DNA of 50,968 nucleotides, filler included, from Catajapyx aquilonaris (Eukaryota), in assembly GCA_000934665.2 (NCBI GenBank). It is 2 parts of 2 records of this genome, joined end to end, with 100 filler letters (N's around TTAATTAATTAA, not from the genome) between each part and the next. Parts side by side here need not be neighbours in the genome. Positions count along the whole stretch, not along the records: positions 25,493 to 50,968 come from JYFJ02005372.1; 1 more part is not named here. One strand, given 5' to 3'. Positions 50,101 through 50,968 of the stretch are shown in pieces. The notes beneath the pieces are model-generated. The model was not told the DNA's origin, searched no databases, and worked only from the letters and a program-made list of their open reading frames with translations. Within the stretch, counting starts at the first letter, position 1; the number at the start of each line of letters is the position of its first letter. Made by a program: the position numbers and the translations under genes.

Positions 50101-50968
50101 CAACGTCGCTGCCCACCTATAATTGGCAACATCACATATTTTTGACCCGTTTTTCCTGCCAATCTGTTAAATCCCCCTTTCTCTAGTGTATATTTGGGTT
50201 AACGAGACCGCACGTGTGGCACTTTTGGCGAAAATCAAACTGGGTCCATGCCTATTTGCAACTTGTGTCCCGCTTTTTTTCCCTTCTTTTTTTATGGACA
50301 CGTTAACCTCAAGAAGGTGGAAGCAAGAAGAAGAGAAAAAAAGTACCCCTTCAAAGTTTCATAAAAACCTGGTTTGTAGTCTCTTTACAAACCTGGCCGA
50401 CACGCTGCTTTATGGCGTAAGCACCGTGATATTTTGATTAATTGCCTGCCCGAATGGAGCTGAAAGCTAAACTTGAAGCGGTTATATATTTTTTTCTGTT
50501 AGCCCCCCACCTCCTCCATACATCATAATCATATCTTCTGCTCGAATTATCCCAAATAATGTCATCTGATTCTCATATAATATGTTGGAGACTTGGATGA
50601 TTGCCAAAATTTGGCAACACTGCCCCCTCGCGGACTGTGGACGTAGTACCTAATTTATCACATAGACGGCGCACACTACTGATGACTCCCCGCGGACAAA
50701 CAGACGACCACTGCATTTTTTAAAAATGAGTTCGACCATAAAGACTCAAGACAGCTTGACAGAATTTGCGTTATAAGCCCAATTACAACCACTTGTATCT
50801 CCGAGACAGTTTATTAAACCGCGCAACTAGATTAAGTAATCTCGCACCTTATTTGTCCCCAGCGGGTGAGATTTTTTTTTGGCGAAAGGTAAATTGGATA
50901 AGAGATGTAGAAAAGGTAAGAGAGTTGGGCCCACTGAAAATCCGGATGGAATTATGCCCCAGCTTGAA

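Overview
Animal, probably arthropod-like, nuclear DNA. It contains no intact protein-coding gene, rRNA or CRISPR array. The window is two contigs joined by an artificial 100-nt linker (N44-TTAATTAATTAA-N44, 25393-25492), so adjacency across it is unproven. The left contig (1-25392) is a dense mosaic of short decayed coding fragments, mostly on the + strand. These include two LINE ORF1 pieces, hAT, PIF/Harbinger, P-element and Mutator-like transposase pieces, and an SGNH esterase. They also include a frameshifted OTU cysteine protease, an Artemis/SNM1-type nuclease fragment and a C2H2 zinc-finger ORF. Further along are foldback/inverted-repeat elements, a tRNA-derived SINE and GC-rich promoter-like islands. 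The right contig (25493-50968) is non-coding. It carries MITEs, non-autonomous Helitrons, two perfect palindromes, many TTTATGG motifs and a near-match to the Hox-linked miR-993/miR-10 family. The best leads are the strand-biased TE mosaic (possible piRNA cluster), the OTU and Artemis-like remnants within it, and a possibly Hox-like regulatory landscape on the right. All family assignments come from motif recognition by eye, not database searches.
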